Below, piece after piece: positions 16,839 to 25,492 of a DNA stretch of 39,800 nt (the stretch's first letter is position 1; each line of letters opens with the position of its first letter). Under the pieces are notes generated by a model that saw nothing but the letters and a program-made list of their open reading frames with translations, was not told the DNA's origin and did no database searches. The position numbers and the translations under genes are program-made. Location: positions 1-39,800 of the IMG/VR virus record IMGVR_UViG_3300017747_003029; one strand, 5' to 3'. The stretch is from a virus. Its lineage: Duplodnaviria; Caudoviricetes.

Positions 16839-18583
16839 GACCGGGATCCCGTCTTTTTCGCCGCCATCAGGGCTTTTTTAGCCAATTTTGCCGGATTTTC
16901 GTACTGTGGGGCGACCAGCCCGCCCGCTTCCTTCACGATGACGTGACGATACACCGGATGCTCCTTGCCGCGAACAAGAATTGAGCCCGCCTGTGGGCCC
17001 AGCTCCACATTTCCGGTCGTTGTCGGGCGCAGACGGGGTTCCGAGGGGGAGTTTTCGTACCGCGCGAGGTCCACACCCTTCGGAAAGTGCGCGTTCAAGG
17101 CGTAGTGGTGCTTGCCGCGATGCTCGACGGACACGATTGTGTCCGTGTTCCCGTGCTCTTCCGGGGCGTTCAGCCATTTCCAGCCCGCCTTCTGCTTGAA
17201 CAGGTTGGCCCTCGCCATCGCGGTGCCGCGCCCGGTGCTGCCGGTCTGCTCTACGGCATCCTGAGACGCCCGAAAGAACGGCTTGCCGCCCGGCTGCACG
17301 CCAATCGTGGCCGCCGCAGCCTTGTGGCCGGTGACATCGCGCTTGTCCGGCATCGCCAGATACTGGCCGCCGGGTGGCCGAGCGTCCTCCGGGAACATGC
17401 GCTGGGGCTTGGGAAAAATCGACATGGGGTTTGCGATGTCGGGCGTCGGATCCTCGACCTCGCCGCCTTCGGCCTTGGCCAAATGCTTCTTCGACAAATT
17501 GTAATCACCGGAGTTGCCGATTGCGCTCTTGATGTGCGTGCCCTGATTCGTAAGCTTTACGACAAGCCTTCCCTCGCTGCTCGCGGGCACCCATGCGTCG
17601 TGCCCCTTCCTGCGCAGGGTGTCGAACCAGTCGCTCTGGGCTTTTTTGTAGTTATCGACCCGCGCGAAATCCGGAAGCTCGCCAGTGTAAGGGTTCTCGA
17701 TGCGCACATAGGCGGGGATCACGCGCGAGGCGGTGTTCGTTTTTTCATATGTCCAGCCCGGCCCCGGCCTATACCCCTGACTGTCGTTCTGCTCCGCGTA
17801 ATCGCTGGCTTCTTTGGGGTCCGACGTTAGCCATGTGCCGTGGCGGCTTTCTTGAAATGAGGTGAAATCCTTGTCCTTCGACGTGCCGGTGTAGTAGCGG
17901 CGGCGCAGGTTTTGGTCGGTGGGTCCGAAGAACTGATCGAGGCCGTCTTCAACATCGCCGCCGTCAGCGCGCACCTGTCGCGGCACGTCAGGCATGTACT
18001 TCGACGGGCTCACCTGCCCCGGCGCTCGCTTCTTGGCTTCCTTCGCCCGGTTCAGCTCCAATTTGCCGCCAAGAGAGCGACCTACGCGCTTCGTCGTGTT
18101 GCCATGCTTCAGCCAGTCCTTGAACTGATCAATGCTCATGGGGTTGATCGACTGGATGCGCTGCGCTCCTTTTCCGTCAGAGAAGCCCTTGATGTACGTC
18201 GCGCGAGCCTGATCTTCAGAATTGAAGCCAAGCATCACCTTGTGCTCGTCGAACTTGCCGGTGTGTGCGTCCTTCTGGTCGATCACGTAGACGTGCTGCG
18301 AGGCGTGATCTGGACCGACATAGACATCGACGTGGTCGCCGTCAGCGCCCTCGGTGCGCTTGATGTAGCCATAATGGGCGGGCATTGATACGGCCCAGCG
18401 CCTGCCGTCTTTGCCGATGCCAGACCTTTTGCCCCCCTTCACGTTCTCCAGCGCGATGTCGAGCCCATGGATGCGGACATGGTGCTTCTTGTAGTTTCCG
18501 GCGGCCTTCTGCGCCTCAGACGGGGCGCGGTTGAGATTTACGTTTTTGGCCGTCATCAGCGCAGAACGAATTGGCCCGCTCAT
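16835..18583 (-). CDS. Polyvalent-type protein: InPase-like domain + ADP-ribosyltransferase-like (ART-PolyVal-type) domain + unknown domain
   Basis: 582 aa. PSEAQKAAGNYKK...HYGYIKRTEGADGDHVDVYVG...FDEHKVMLGF (InPase-like); YYTGT..DFTSF...WLTSDPKEASDYA...VIPAYVRIENPY...IKSAIGNSG (ART-like). Confidence 0.75.
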   Translation of the reverse strand: MSGPIRSALMTAKNVNLNRAPSEAQKAAGNYKKHHVRIHGLDIALENVKGGKRSGIGKDGRRWAVSMPAHYGYIKRTEGADGDHVDVYVGPDHASQHVYVIDQKDAHTGKFDEHKVMLGFNSEDQARATYIKGFSDGKGAQRIQSINPMSIDQFKDWLKHGNTTKRVGRSLGGKLELNRAKEAKKRAPGQVSPSKYMPDVPRQVRADGGDVEDGLDQFFGPTDQNLRRRYYTGTSKDKDFTSFQESRHGTWLTSDPKEASDYAEQNDSQGYRPGPGWTYEKTNTASRVIPAYVRIENPYTGELPDFARVDNYKKAQSDWFDTLRRKGHDAWVPASSEGRLVVKLTNQGTHIKSAIGNSGDYNLSKKHLAKAEGGEVEDPTPDIANPMSIFPKPQRMFPEDARPPGGQYLAMPDKRDVTGHKAAAATIGVQPGGKPFFRASQDAVEQTGSTGRGTAMARANLFKQKAGWKWLNAPEEHGNTDTIVSVEHRGKHHYALNAHFPKGVDLARYENSPSEPRLRPTTTGNVELGPQAGSILVRGKEHPVYRHVIVKEAGGLVAPQYENPAKLAKKALMAAKKTGSRS

Positions 18584-20955
18584 TTTATTTCGCGCCCCTC
18601 TGAATCTGTCCTTGCCATCAGCTCGTGGGCGTGCCGAACGTGCTCGCTCAGGTGGTCACGCTCCTGCATCGCCGAGGCGTGCTTTCGCTCCGCTTCCGCC
18701 TTGATGCTTTCGCCCTCCAACCGCATCTTTTCCATGGTCACGTCAGATTGCCGGTCGAGATCGCGGTTCTGGTCGTCAGCCGCAGCGCGCTCCTGTTTGA
18801 ACTGCAAATCCTTGGCCTTCAGGTGAAGGTTCAGGATCTTCGTTGGATCCTCCTGCGGTACCAGCCCGCCCTGCGCATAATCCTGCTGGCTCTTCGCCAC
18901 GTCGGCCTGCGCACGCATCATGTCGGCCCGATCCCGGATGGAATCGGATTGGATCTTGGCCTTGGCCAAAGCCTCCTTCAAGCTGGCTTCGCGGTTCTTG
19001 AGCTTCAGCTCCTCAACGCCCTTCAGCACTTCCGGCGGCGGCGATTTCTGGCTCTGCTCCGGAGCCATGAACTGCTCCGGGTTGTTCCAGCCAATGGCCT
19101 GCAGCGCAGCCTTATCGACCGCCACGGGATCGTAGAGGCTGGGGTTCGCCCCCTGAAGCTGCTTCAGGGCCATGATCTTCATCAGGCGCTGGCCGTGGCT
19201 GGCGGTGTTCGGATCGGCCTGCGGCACCAGATCGACCTGATCAAGCGCCATCATGAACACCTGCTCGTCCCACGGCAGTGCGGGCTTGCGGTTGCGCTGC
19301 CAGAAGCTCTCCGGGTTCTCCCGGAAACACCGGACAAGCAGGGCAAACTCTTCAGCCTGCGCCGCGTGCATGCGCTTGTGAACGGCGTTCATGACCTTGG
19401 TGGCCTGCTCGATCATGGCCAGCGTGGTGCCCACAGGCGCGTCAGGGCGGCCTTCGCCCACCTGAAGCTCCGACGTGCCGCCGACGCGCATGCCGGTCTG
19501 GGCGATGTTCTCGACCAACTGCATGAGGGCCGGGCTGGGCTCCTTGTAGGGCAGCGGCATGATGGCTTGGCTGATCGGCATGCCGCCGGTCTTCACCAGC
19601 GCGCCGCCGCCCGGCGGGACGCGGAAAATGTTCGTGTTCTGGCGAGCACCGACGTCCGACATGAGGAAGCCGGGGAAGTTCGAGAACATGCCAGCGTCAA
19701 GCAGCTCGCGCCATGCCGCCGTGATGGCGTTGGTCGTGTTGCCCAGAATGTGGAGCAGGCCGATGTCGTAGAACCCGAGCCCCGGCACGAAGGTGTACTT
19801 GACGAAATTGACGCGAGCCTCGGGGAGGTCTTTCGTGTCTTCGTCGTAGTTCCGGACGATGGACAGGATCTTGCGGCTCGATACGTCGATGGTCACCCGG
19901 TAGGGGATCTCGAGGCCGGTAACCTTGCCCTTGCGCTTGTGCTGGAAGCCGGGAATGTCCAGCTCGCAGTAGATCTCATAGATCTCACGGTCGCGCTCGT
20001 CGGGGTTCGAACTTGAATTGGAAATGCCCTGAATCGAGTTCTTTTCCTGCTGCACGCCGTCGAGGTTCAGCGCCATCGGCGTCGAGAGATCTTCGTCCTT
20101 GTAGATGCCCAGAATTTGCATGCGCTTCACAACGCTCGACCGCATGGTGATGCGGTGGGTGATGCGCTTGGCGTTGCTCAGGTCCGTCGCGGATTGGTTC
20201 ACGATCAGGTCGTCGGCATCGACGGATTCGGAGACCGGGCGGTTTCGCAGCGGGCAGAAATAGACCTTCTTGAAAGCCGTGCCGCCAAAGCCCAGCATCA
20301 ACAGCATGCGGTCGGTGTCGGGGTAATATTCCGTGGCCGTGCTGGTCAGGTAATGGTTCAGATCGCGCTCCAGCGCGTTGGCAATCTGGTCCCGCTGCAG
20401 GTTGGGGTTGTTGCCGTCTTCGCGGATCTTCACCGGCCCGTCCGTGGGAAGCAGTTCGCTGCGGGCGTTTGCCTGAAAGCGCAGGCATGCCTCGAGCAGG
20501 AGCGGGTGGCGCACCTTGCTCATGCCCTCGACCGGCGCGCCGTCGGCGGTGCCCTGCTGGCTGGGCAGCTCGATCTTGAGCCCAAGCAGCTTGAGGCCGG
20601 TCGCCCGGTTCTCGATCCAATCCTTCCGGCTCTGGATGTCGTCGCTCACGCCGCGCAGCAGTTCCTCGGAGATCTCGGAGAGCTTCATCTCCGAGATGTC
20701 GTCCACCAAGTTGTCGAACCACTCCCGGTTGAACTCTTGACCGTTTGCTTGGGCAAGCGGCGTGCCGTCGATGCTGACAGTGATTGATCCGTCCGGGTGC
20801 TCGATGGACAGGATGTTGCCATTGTCGTCCATTTTTGGCGCGTCTTCGCCCTCGGGGGCGTCCTCAATGAGGATGTCGGTGTCGTCGCCGGTCAGCGCCT
20901 CTTCTTCGGGATAGACCTGACGTATTGAGGGCGACAGCCCCGGCATCATTGGCAT
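18580..20955 (-). CDS. Portal protein (P22-like) with long C-terminal extension
   Basis: 791 aa, HPLLLEACLRFQA.A..ELLP..GPVK, GTAFKKVY, GFYDIGL.H, PVGTTLA; directly downstream of the large terminase. Confidence 0.88.
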   Translation of the reverse strand: MPMMPGLSPSIRQVYPEEEALTGDDTDILIEDAPEGEDAPKMDDNGNILSIEHPDGSITVSIDGTPLAQANGQEFNREWFDNLVDDISEMKLSEISEELLRGVSDDIQSRKDWIENRATGLKLLGLKIELPSQQGTADGAPVEGMSKVRHPLLLEACLRFQANARSELLPTDGPVKIREDGNNPNLQRDQIANALERDLNHYLTSTATEYYPDTDRMLLMLGFGGTAFKKVYFCPLRNRPVSESVDADDLIVNQSATDLSNAKRITHRITMRSSVVKRMQILGIYKDEDLSTPMALNLDGVQQEKNSIQGISNSSSNPDERDREIYEIYCELDIPGFQHKRKGKVTGLEIPYRVTIDVSSRKILSIVRNYDEDTKDLPEARVNFVKYTFVPGLGFYDIGLLHILGNTTNAITAAWRELLDAGMFSNFPGFLMSDVGARQNTNIFRVPPGGGALVKTGGMPISQAIMPLPYKEPSPALMQLVENIAQTGMRVGGTSELQVGEGRPDAPVGTTLAMIEQATKVMNAVHKRMHAAQAEEFALLVRCFRENPESFWQRNRKPALPWDEQVFMMALDQVDLVPQADPNTASHGQRLMKIMALKQLQGANPSLYDPVAVDKAALQAIGWNNPEQFMAPEQSQKSPPPEVLKGVEELKLKNREASLKEALAKAKIQSDSIRDRADMMRAQADVAKSQQDYAQGGLVPQEDPTKILNLHLKAKDLQFKQERAAADDQNRDLDRQSDVTMEKMRLEGESIKAEAERKHASAMQERDHLSEHVRHAHELMARTDSEGREIK

Positions 20956-20985
20956 GGTGGGTTCCCCAATGGAATTTGGGGACGG

Positions 20986-21014
20986 ATAGTACCATCAATG
21001 GTTAGGGGTCGCAA
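20986..21014 (-). promoter_or_regulatory. Putative promoter for the portal/head operon
   Basis: Minus strand TTGCGA-17nt-TACTAT. Confidence 0.55.
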
Positions 21015-21020
21015 TTCGGG

Positions 21021-21063
21021 AAAAAAGGGCGCTCACCGTGGGTGGTTTAACGGCTCGCGCCCA
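21021..21063 (-). terminator. Intrinsic terminator after terL
   Basis: Minus strand GGGCGC...GCGCCC stem followed by T7. Confidence 0.6.
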
Positions 21064-21108
21064 GATCACAGCACAGGGAGGTGTGCCGGATTTTGTATAC
21101 CCCTTGTA

Positions 21109-22770
21109 TCAGACTTCGTAAAGCGGTGCCGCGCGGGACGGCGTAACCTTTTCCCGGTCGAGGGCTTCCAGATGCTCTGCGGCCCGGCTCAGGAGCCCGG
21201 CAGAGCGCAGATGGCGCAGCGCCATGCTCACCGTATCCACCAGATCATCGTGCTTTGCCCGTGGAAATTGAGCGCACTGCGTGATGACCTGATCGGCCCA
21301 CGCGCGGTCGGGGGCGTAGATCAGCCCCTCCGCAAACAGGTGCTGGACCGAATAGAGGCGGCTGATCTTGTCCTGAGAGCCCGGATTTATGATCTGCACG
21401 CCCCACGGCTCGCTGCCGTAGAGCCTGCGCACTTCCTGCGCCACGCTCAAGCCTGATGCCTTGCCTTCGATCAGCAGGAGATCGACCTTCAGGCGCGTGC
21501 AGCTCTCCGCGATCTTCATCACAAGCTCGTGCAGCGGCAGGCGCACCTGCCACGCATGCATCATCATCAGCTTGGGGTGCTGCTCCGCATATTCGCGCTC
21601 AACCGACATGGAATATTCGTGCAGGGACCCGTTTCGCGCGACAACCTTGGTGGCCTGCGCCACGGTATCGACCGAATAGATCCCCCAAACCGTCAGCGCC
21701 GACAGGTCGTTCTCGGATTTTTCGGTGTAAGCCGTGTCCACGCTGGCGATGACGTAATCCATCATGGGATAGGCGTCGGCCTCCCATAGCTGCCACCAAT
21801 CACGCTTGATGATGCCGCCACCGCGCGGCTCAGGCGTCTGCTGAAACTGCCCGGCAGTTGCGTATGGCCCCATGGCCTTCTCGTCGCGCTCCACGACTTC
21901 AATCGGAAACCGCTCGGGGAACAGCAGCTCACCGTCCTCCTCGCGCGGATCCCGGTAATCGAGCATGGTGGGCGCTGCCCGCGCTGGATCATAGCGCATG
22001 GGCAGCATGATGTGATCGTACCCCAGATCCTTGTCGAGGATGATTCCGCTCACGTCTTCTTCGTGCAGGCGCTGCATGACGACGACGATGGCCGACGATT
22101 TCGGATTGTTCAGGCGGGTCGGCACGGCCTCGAGAAACCACTGGTTTGTGCTGTCGCGGACGGCGTCGGAATTTGCTCCGTCTACGGACAATGGGTCGTC
22201 AATGACCACCCTGTCGCCTCGAGCACCCGTGATCGATCCGGCGGCTGCCGCCTGCCGGAAGCCCGTGGCCGTGTTCTCGAACTTGGTCTTCTGGTTCTGG
22301 TCGCCGGTCAGTTTCACTCGGTCGCCCCAGTGATCCTGATACCATTCCGACATCAGCAGACGGCGCATGCGCAGGCCGTCGCGGATGGCGAGGTCTTGGC
22401 TGTGCGAGGCGCACACATAGCGCATGTGCGGCATGTTCATCGGCCCCCACTCCCACGCGGGCCAGAAGACGCCAACCGTCAGGCTCTTCATCGTGCCCGG
22501 CGGGACGTTGATCAGCAGCCGATTGTACGGCGTGCCGTCTTCGATCTCCAGCCCGGCAGTGATGGCCTCGAGGTGGGCGCAGAGGAAATCAATGTGCCAG
22601 CCATGCACGTAGGGCTGACCGGGCTCGATGACGCTCCACGCCTTCCTGATGAAATAGGCAAGGGATCGCTCGCACTTGCGTTTCTGAATCGCCCGCAGCG
22701 TCTCCTGCGAATCTATCGGCCCAACTTGGCCGGTGAGCCGGGCAATCTGGGGCAAGTTGACGATAGCCAT
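21109..22770 (-). CDS. terL: Terminase large subunit
   Basis: Walker A-like INVPPGTMKS, ITGARGD, Walker B VVIDDP, VVMQRLHE; nuclease motifs SVDTA, IEGKASG, FPRAKHDDLVD. Confidence 0.93.
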   Translation of the reverse strand: MAIVNLPQIARLTGQVGPIDSQETLRAIQKRKCERSLAYFIRKAWSVIEPGQPYVHGWHIDFLCAHLEAITAGLEIEDGTPYNRLLINVPPGTMKSLTVGVFWPAWEWGPMNMPHMRYVCASHSQDLAIRDGLRMRRLLMSEWYQDHWGDRVKLTGDQNQKTKFENTATGFRQAAAAGSITGARGDRVVIDDPLSVDGANSDAVRDSTNQWFLEAVPTRLNNPKSSAIVVVMQRLHEEDVSGIILDKDLGYDHIMLPMRYDPARAAPTMLDYRDPREEDGELLFPERFPIEVVERDEKAMGPYATAGQFQQTPEPRGGGIIKRDWWQLWEADAYPMMDYVIASVDTAYTEKSENDLSALTVWGIYSVDTVAQATKVVARNGSLHEYSMSVEREYAEQHPKLMMMHAWQVRLPLHELVMKIAESCTRLKVDLLLIEGKASGLSVAQEVRRLYGSEPWGVQIINPGSQDKISRLYSVQHLFAEGLIYAPDRAWADQVITQCAQFPRAKHDDLVDTVSMALRHLRSAGLLSRAAEHLEALDREKVTPSRAAPLYEV

Positions 22771-23000
22771 CAGCGCCCCTTGTGCCCCTCGACGTCCATA
22801 GCAAGCTTGATCTCGGTCAGATATTCACGCATGTCATGCACGCCCTTGCCGACCAGATCCGCAAATAAATGGATTGCCTGCTGACCTGCGGGCCTAGCAT
22901 TCGCATGATCACGCATCAGGCTCTTGATGAAATCCATGCGCTCGACCGCCTTCGAAAACTCTACAAACAACTCGTCAGTTGATTTTACGGGCTTGTCCAT
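22770..23000 (-). CDS. Hypothetical protein
   Basis: 76 aa, GGAGA SD, stop overlaps the terL start. Confidence 0.55.
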   Translation of the reverse strand: MDKPVKSTDELFVEFSKAVERMDFIKSLMRDHANARPAGQQAIHLFADLVGKGVHDMREYLTEIKLAMDVEGHKGR

Positions 23001-23256
23001 CGCCGAAGATCTCCCTTATTTGATCATAGGTTTCGCCATGAAATATGATGGGCGTACCTTCCCCAAACCACACTTCCTCAATTCCTTCGGCAAGCTCGAT
23101 GGCTTCGTTCAGAGTTATACGATGCTGCTTCATCACGAGCTTCACAATCTTGGTGAAATCGTAGATGAGCGTGACCTCGTCGCATCGCAGCGCGTAGCCG
23201 ATCACCGCCTCACTAAAATCAGGCATCTCTATGTACATCGGCGGCTTCTTGTTCAA
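22975..23256 (-). CDS. Conserved phage hypothetical protein
   Basis: DFSEAVIG...IYD..KI...EAIE...WFGEGTPII. Probable TTG start after AGGAGG. Confidence 0.6.
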   Translation of the reverse strand: MNKKPPMYIEMPDFSEAVIGYALRCDEVTLIYDFTKIVKLVMKQHRITLNEAIELAEGIEEVWFGEGTPIIFHGETYDQIREIFGDGQARKIN

Positions 23257-23833
23257 CGCGATCCTCCTTCGGTTTTGGCAATGGCATAAAGGCCGGGCCA
23301 TCAAAGCCCCACGCATACCAGCACACGTCCATAGTCGGGTTCCCCTGACCTGTCACGTCGATGCGGAACGTCAGCGGCATCACCCGGCTGGGCGGGTGCT
23401 CCTCGAACAGCGGCAGCCTGCTGGCGGCGTTCCAGTAGTTCGCCTTGAGCAGTAGCGCGACCTTCGGCGTGATCGACAGCGCCCGGCGGATGAAGGCCTC
23501 AGCCAGACTGAACGGCGGGTTGGTGACGATGGCGAAACCGCCGGTCGCCTTGACCTTGATCGGCCTGTCGGAGCCCACGAAGTCGATCTTGGCCGCGCCA
23601 TCCATTTGGGGGTTGATGTCGGAGCATGTCACGATGTGGCCGTTCTGGCTCAGAACGCGCGCCAGAGCGCCGTCGCCGCAGGCAGGCTCCCAGATAGCCC
23701 TCGGCAGATCCAGAGCCCTGCGCATCGCCTCTGTGGCCGCCCACGGTGTCGGATAGAAGTCACCGGCGCGGCGCTTGCCGTTGCCGCCCGCCATGGCCGC
23801 GCCGATGTTTACTTGCGGCACAGGCTTAGTCAT
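23219..23833 (-). CDS. DNA methyltransferase (N6-adenine/N4-cytosine type)
   Basis: DFYPTP, SAM-binding WEPACGDG, catalytic IVTNPPF; no adjacent endonuclease (orphan). Confidence 0.85.
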   Translation of the reverse strand: MTKPVPQVNIGAAMAGGNGKRRAGDFYPTPWAATEAMRRALDLPRAIWEPACGDGALARVLSQNGHIVTCSDINPQMDGAAKIDFVGSDRPIKVKATGGFAIVTNPPFSLAEAFIRRALSITPKVALLLKANYWNAASRLPLFEEHPPSRVMPLTFRIDVTGQGNPTMDVCWYAWGFDGPAFMPLPKPKEDRVEQEAADVHRDA

Positions 23834-24023
23834 CTCGCCTCCCAGCGGTCCAGTTCTTCTGCATTCTGACCTCGCGGTTCGGGACGCACCAGATCTCCCG
23901 GCTCTGATCGAGGGCGACGACCCAGATCAAATCCGCCTCGAACCCGTAATCGATCATGCCGAATGCCCAGCCATCCCCTTTGGTGGTCGCCAGCGGGATT
24001 GGCGGCTCAAGCCTGTTAAACAT
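23826..24023 (-). CDS. Conserved phage hypothetical protein
   Basis: 65 aa RLEPPIPLATTKGDGWA..MIDYG.E.DLIWVV...EIWCVPN.EVR..KNWTAGR. Confidence 0.7.
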   Translation of the reverse strand: MFNRLEPPIPLATTKGDGWAFGMIDYGFEADLIWVVALDQSREIWCVPNREVRMQKNWTAGRRDD

Positions 24024-24348
24024 CCTTCTTCTCCTTCAACGCTCTGATGGCGGCTGCATACTCAAAGCTGTTCCTATGTCGTTCATAGGGAAGGCCCGGT
24101 ATCCCAACTATCATGGGTAGCTCTGCAACTCTCTTCGCCGCCTCCTCCAGCGCCTCGGCACGGATGAACGGGCGCATGGCGCTGATGGCGGCAGGCGCTT
24201 GCAGCCTGCAAAAACACTCGGGAACGCGAACATCATCATCAAGGCGCGGATCATCACAGAGGCAGAACTCTCCGTTGAATTTTGCCCCACACCAATCAAC
24301 ACGGCTCATCGCCAGCGCAACAGCTTCTATCTGCTCTGGTGTGGTCAT
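24016..24348 (-). CDS. Hypothetical protein (Cys-rich core, EALEEAA...AAAIRALK tail)
   Basis: ATGA overlap with the upstream gene; GGAG SD. Confidence 0.6.
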   Translation of the reverse strand: MTTPEQIEAVALAMSRVDWCGAKFNGEFCLCDDPRLDDDVRVPECFCRLQAPAAISAMRPFIRAEALEEAAKRVAELPMIVGIPGLPYERHRNSFEYAAAIRALKEKKDV

Positions 24349-24548
24349 TTCTTCTCCGTTTGCCATTGATAACCGCACAGTTCGCAAGTGTGATCTGTCC
24401 AGCTAGACGGGTCACGCCCGGTCATGATGTTACCATCATCGCAATGCGTCTTGGACTTAACGGCAGGGTGGCTACACTTTTTCTGGATTGCGGCTTTCTT
24501 CTTTCTCAAAGCGGCAATCTGATCATCAATTTCTTTGATGATGCTCAT
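24345..24548 (-). CDS. Hypothetical protein with putative Zn-finger (CSH...CELC)
   Basis: 67 aa, translationally coupled on both sides. Confidence 0.6.
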   Translation of the reverse strand: MSIIKEIDDQIAALRKKKAAIQKKCSHPAVKSKTHCDDGNIMTGRDPSSWTDHTCELCGYQWQTEKK

Positions 24549-24748
24549 TTATTAGGTTCGCTCTCAAAATATGCGTTAAGTTCTGCTTCCCACGCGGCAT
24601 TTCTACGATCCAATTCATCAGCAAGAGCTTTTAAGTCATGTGCCGTGTAGTATCCCGAACGTTCTTTTGTTGGCCAATACACAACAAAACCATCATCGTT
24701 TGTGATGAATTCAGCATATTTTTCGGCCAATTCAACAATACGGCTCAT
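24545..24748 (-). CDS. Hypothetical protein
   Basis: MSRIVELAEK...DDGFVVYWP...LADELDRRNAAWE. CAGGAG SD supports a start at 24748. Confidence 0.6.
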   Translation of the reverse strand: MSRIVELAEKYAEFITNDDGFVVYWPTKERSGYYTAHDLKALADELDRRNAAWEAELNAYFESEPNK

Positions 24749-24993
24749 GTGCGGGGCTCCTGTGTCAGGGGCAAGATGAGATTGTGATCCGGTGGTGTAC
24801 ACCAATCATCTGTACGTTCATGCGCCCCCGGCCACGCTGCGATGGCGGCGGCGACTGCATAATGAAACAGCTTGTCAAACTCTAGTTCCAAATCAATCGG
24901 CTCACCCTTAAAGCGGGCGTTCCAGAAAACATCATGCGCCGCCCATGCAGCAGCGTCCGGCACCTTTATCGTTGCAGGGTCAATCGCTACCAT
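24745..24993 (-). CDS. Hypothetical protein, 'AWP...LTQE' paralog 3
   Basis: AVAAAIAAWPGA...LILPLTQE. Confidence 0.6.
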   Translation of the reverse strand: MVAIDPATIKVPDAAAWAAHDVFWNARFKGEPIDLELEFDKLFHYAVAAAIAAWPGAHERTDDWCTPPDHNLILPLTQEPRT

Positions 24994-25192
24994 TGTTGTT
25001 CTCCTGTGTCAGGGTCAGTTCAATCCAGTCCTCAGTGCCGTCAGTGTGGATTTCCATTCGCGGCCACGCATTGAGCATAGCAACAGCAAGATCAGCCATA
25101 ATCTTCTCAGGAGCATCACTGTTGTTTCTTTTTGTCCAAGCCGCACGCATGGCGCGTTTTACCTCGTAAGGAATTTGATCAACCGTCAGCAT
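24980..25192 (-). CDS. Hypothetical protein, 'AWP...LTQE' paralog 2
   Basis: DQIPYEV...AMLNAWP...IELTLTQENNN. Confidence 0.6.
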   Translation of the reverse strand: MLTVDQIPYEVKRAMRAAWTKRNNSDAPEKIMADLAVAMLNAWPRMEIHTDGTEDWIELTLTQENNNGSD

Positions 25193-25213
25193 TGTTGTTC
25201 TCCTGTGTCAGGG
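24991..25213. repeat. 24-bp direct repeat at gene junctions (CATTGTTGTTCTCCTGTGTCAGGG)
   Basis: Exact copies at 24991-25014 and 25190-25213; 14-bp partial copy at 24757-24770. Confidence 0.9.
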
Positions 25214-25406
25214 GGAGGATGATGCTTCCTCGCAGTTCAGGTAGGTCATACACTGACCCCTTCCATGCCCCCGGCCACGCGGCCAGCGCGGCTGCGATGG
25301 CGGCACGCATACTGCCATGCCAACTTTCATGCGTTTCCATATATTCATATTCTGCCCTTGCAGCCGCCTCTGCCACTTCATCCGGTATCTGTTCAGGACG
25401 GATCAT
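25179..25406 (-). CDS. Hypothetical protein, 'AWP...LTQE' paralog 1
   Basis: EQIPDEV...AAALAAWPGA...IILPLTQENNN. Confidence 0.6.
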   Translation of the reverse strand: MIRPEQIPDEVAEAAARAEYEYMETHESWHGSMRAAIAAALAAWPGAWKGSVYDLPELRGSIILPLTQENNNADG

Positions 25407-25492
25407 TGTACTAACCTCTCAATAAGCTTGGCACAAACCATACCCAAGAACGCCATAAACGCCATCAAGATGATCAGTTTCTCTGAAGACAT
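25403..25492 (-). CDS. 29-aa membrane peptide
   Basis: MSSEKLIILMAFMAFLGMVCAKLIERLVQ exactly fills the gap, with overlapping stop/start codons on both sides. Confidence 0.5.
   Translation of the reverse strand: MSSEKLIILMAFMAFLGMVCAKLIERLVQ

Noticed and set aside
18625-22884. Long plus-strand ORFs opposite portal and terL (18625..20016, 20116..20787, 22012..22884)
   Set aside because: Antisense shadow frames of well-supported genes.
23219-23833. Methyltransferase as part of a restriction-modification system
   Set aside because: No adjacent endonuclease-like ORF; orphan MTases are ordinary in phages.
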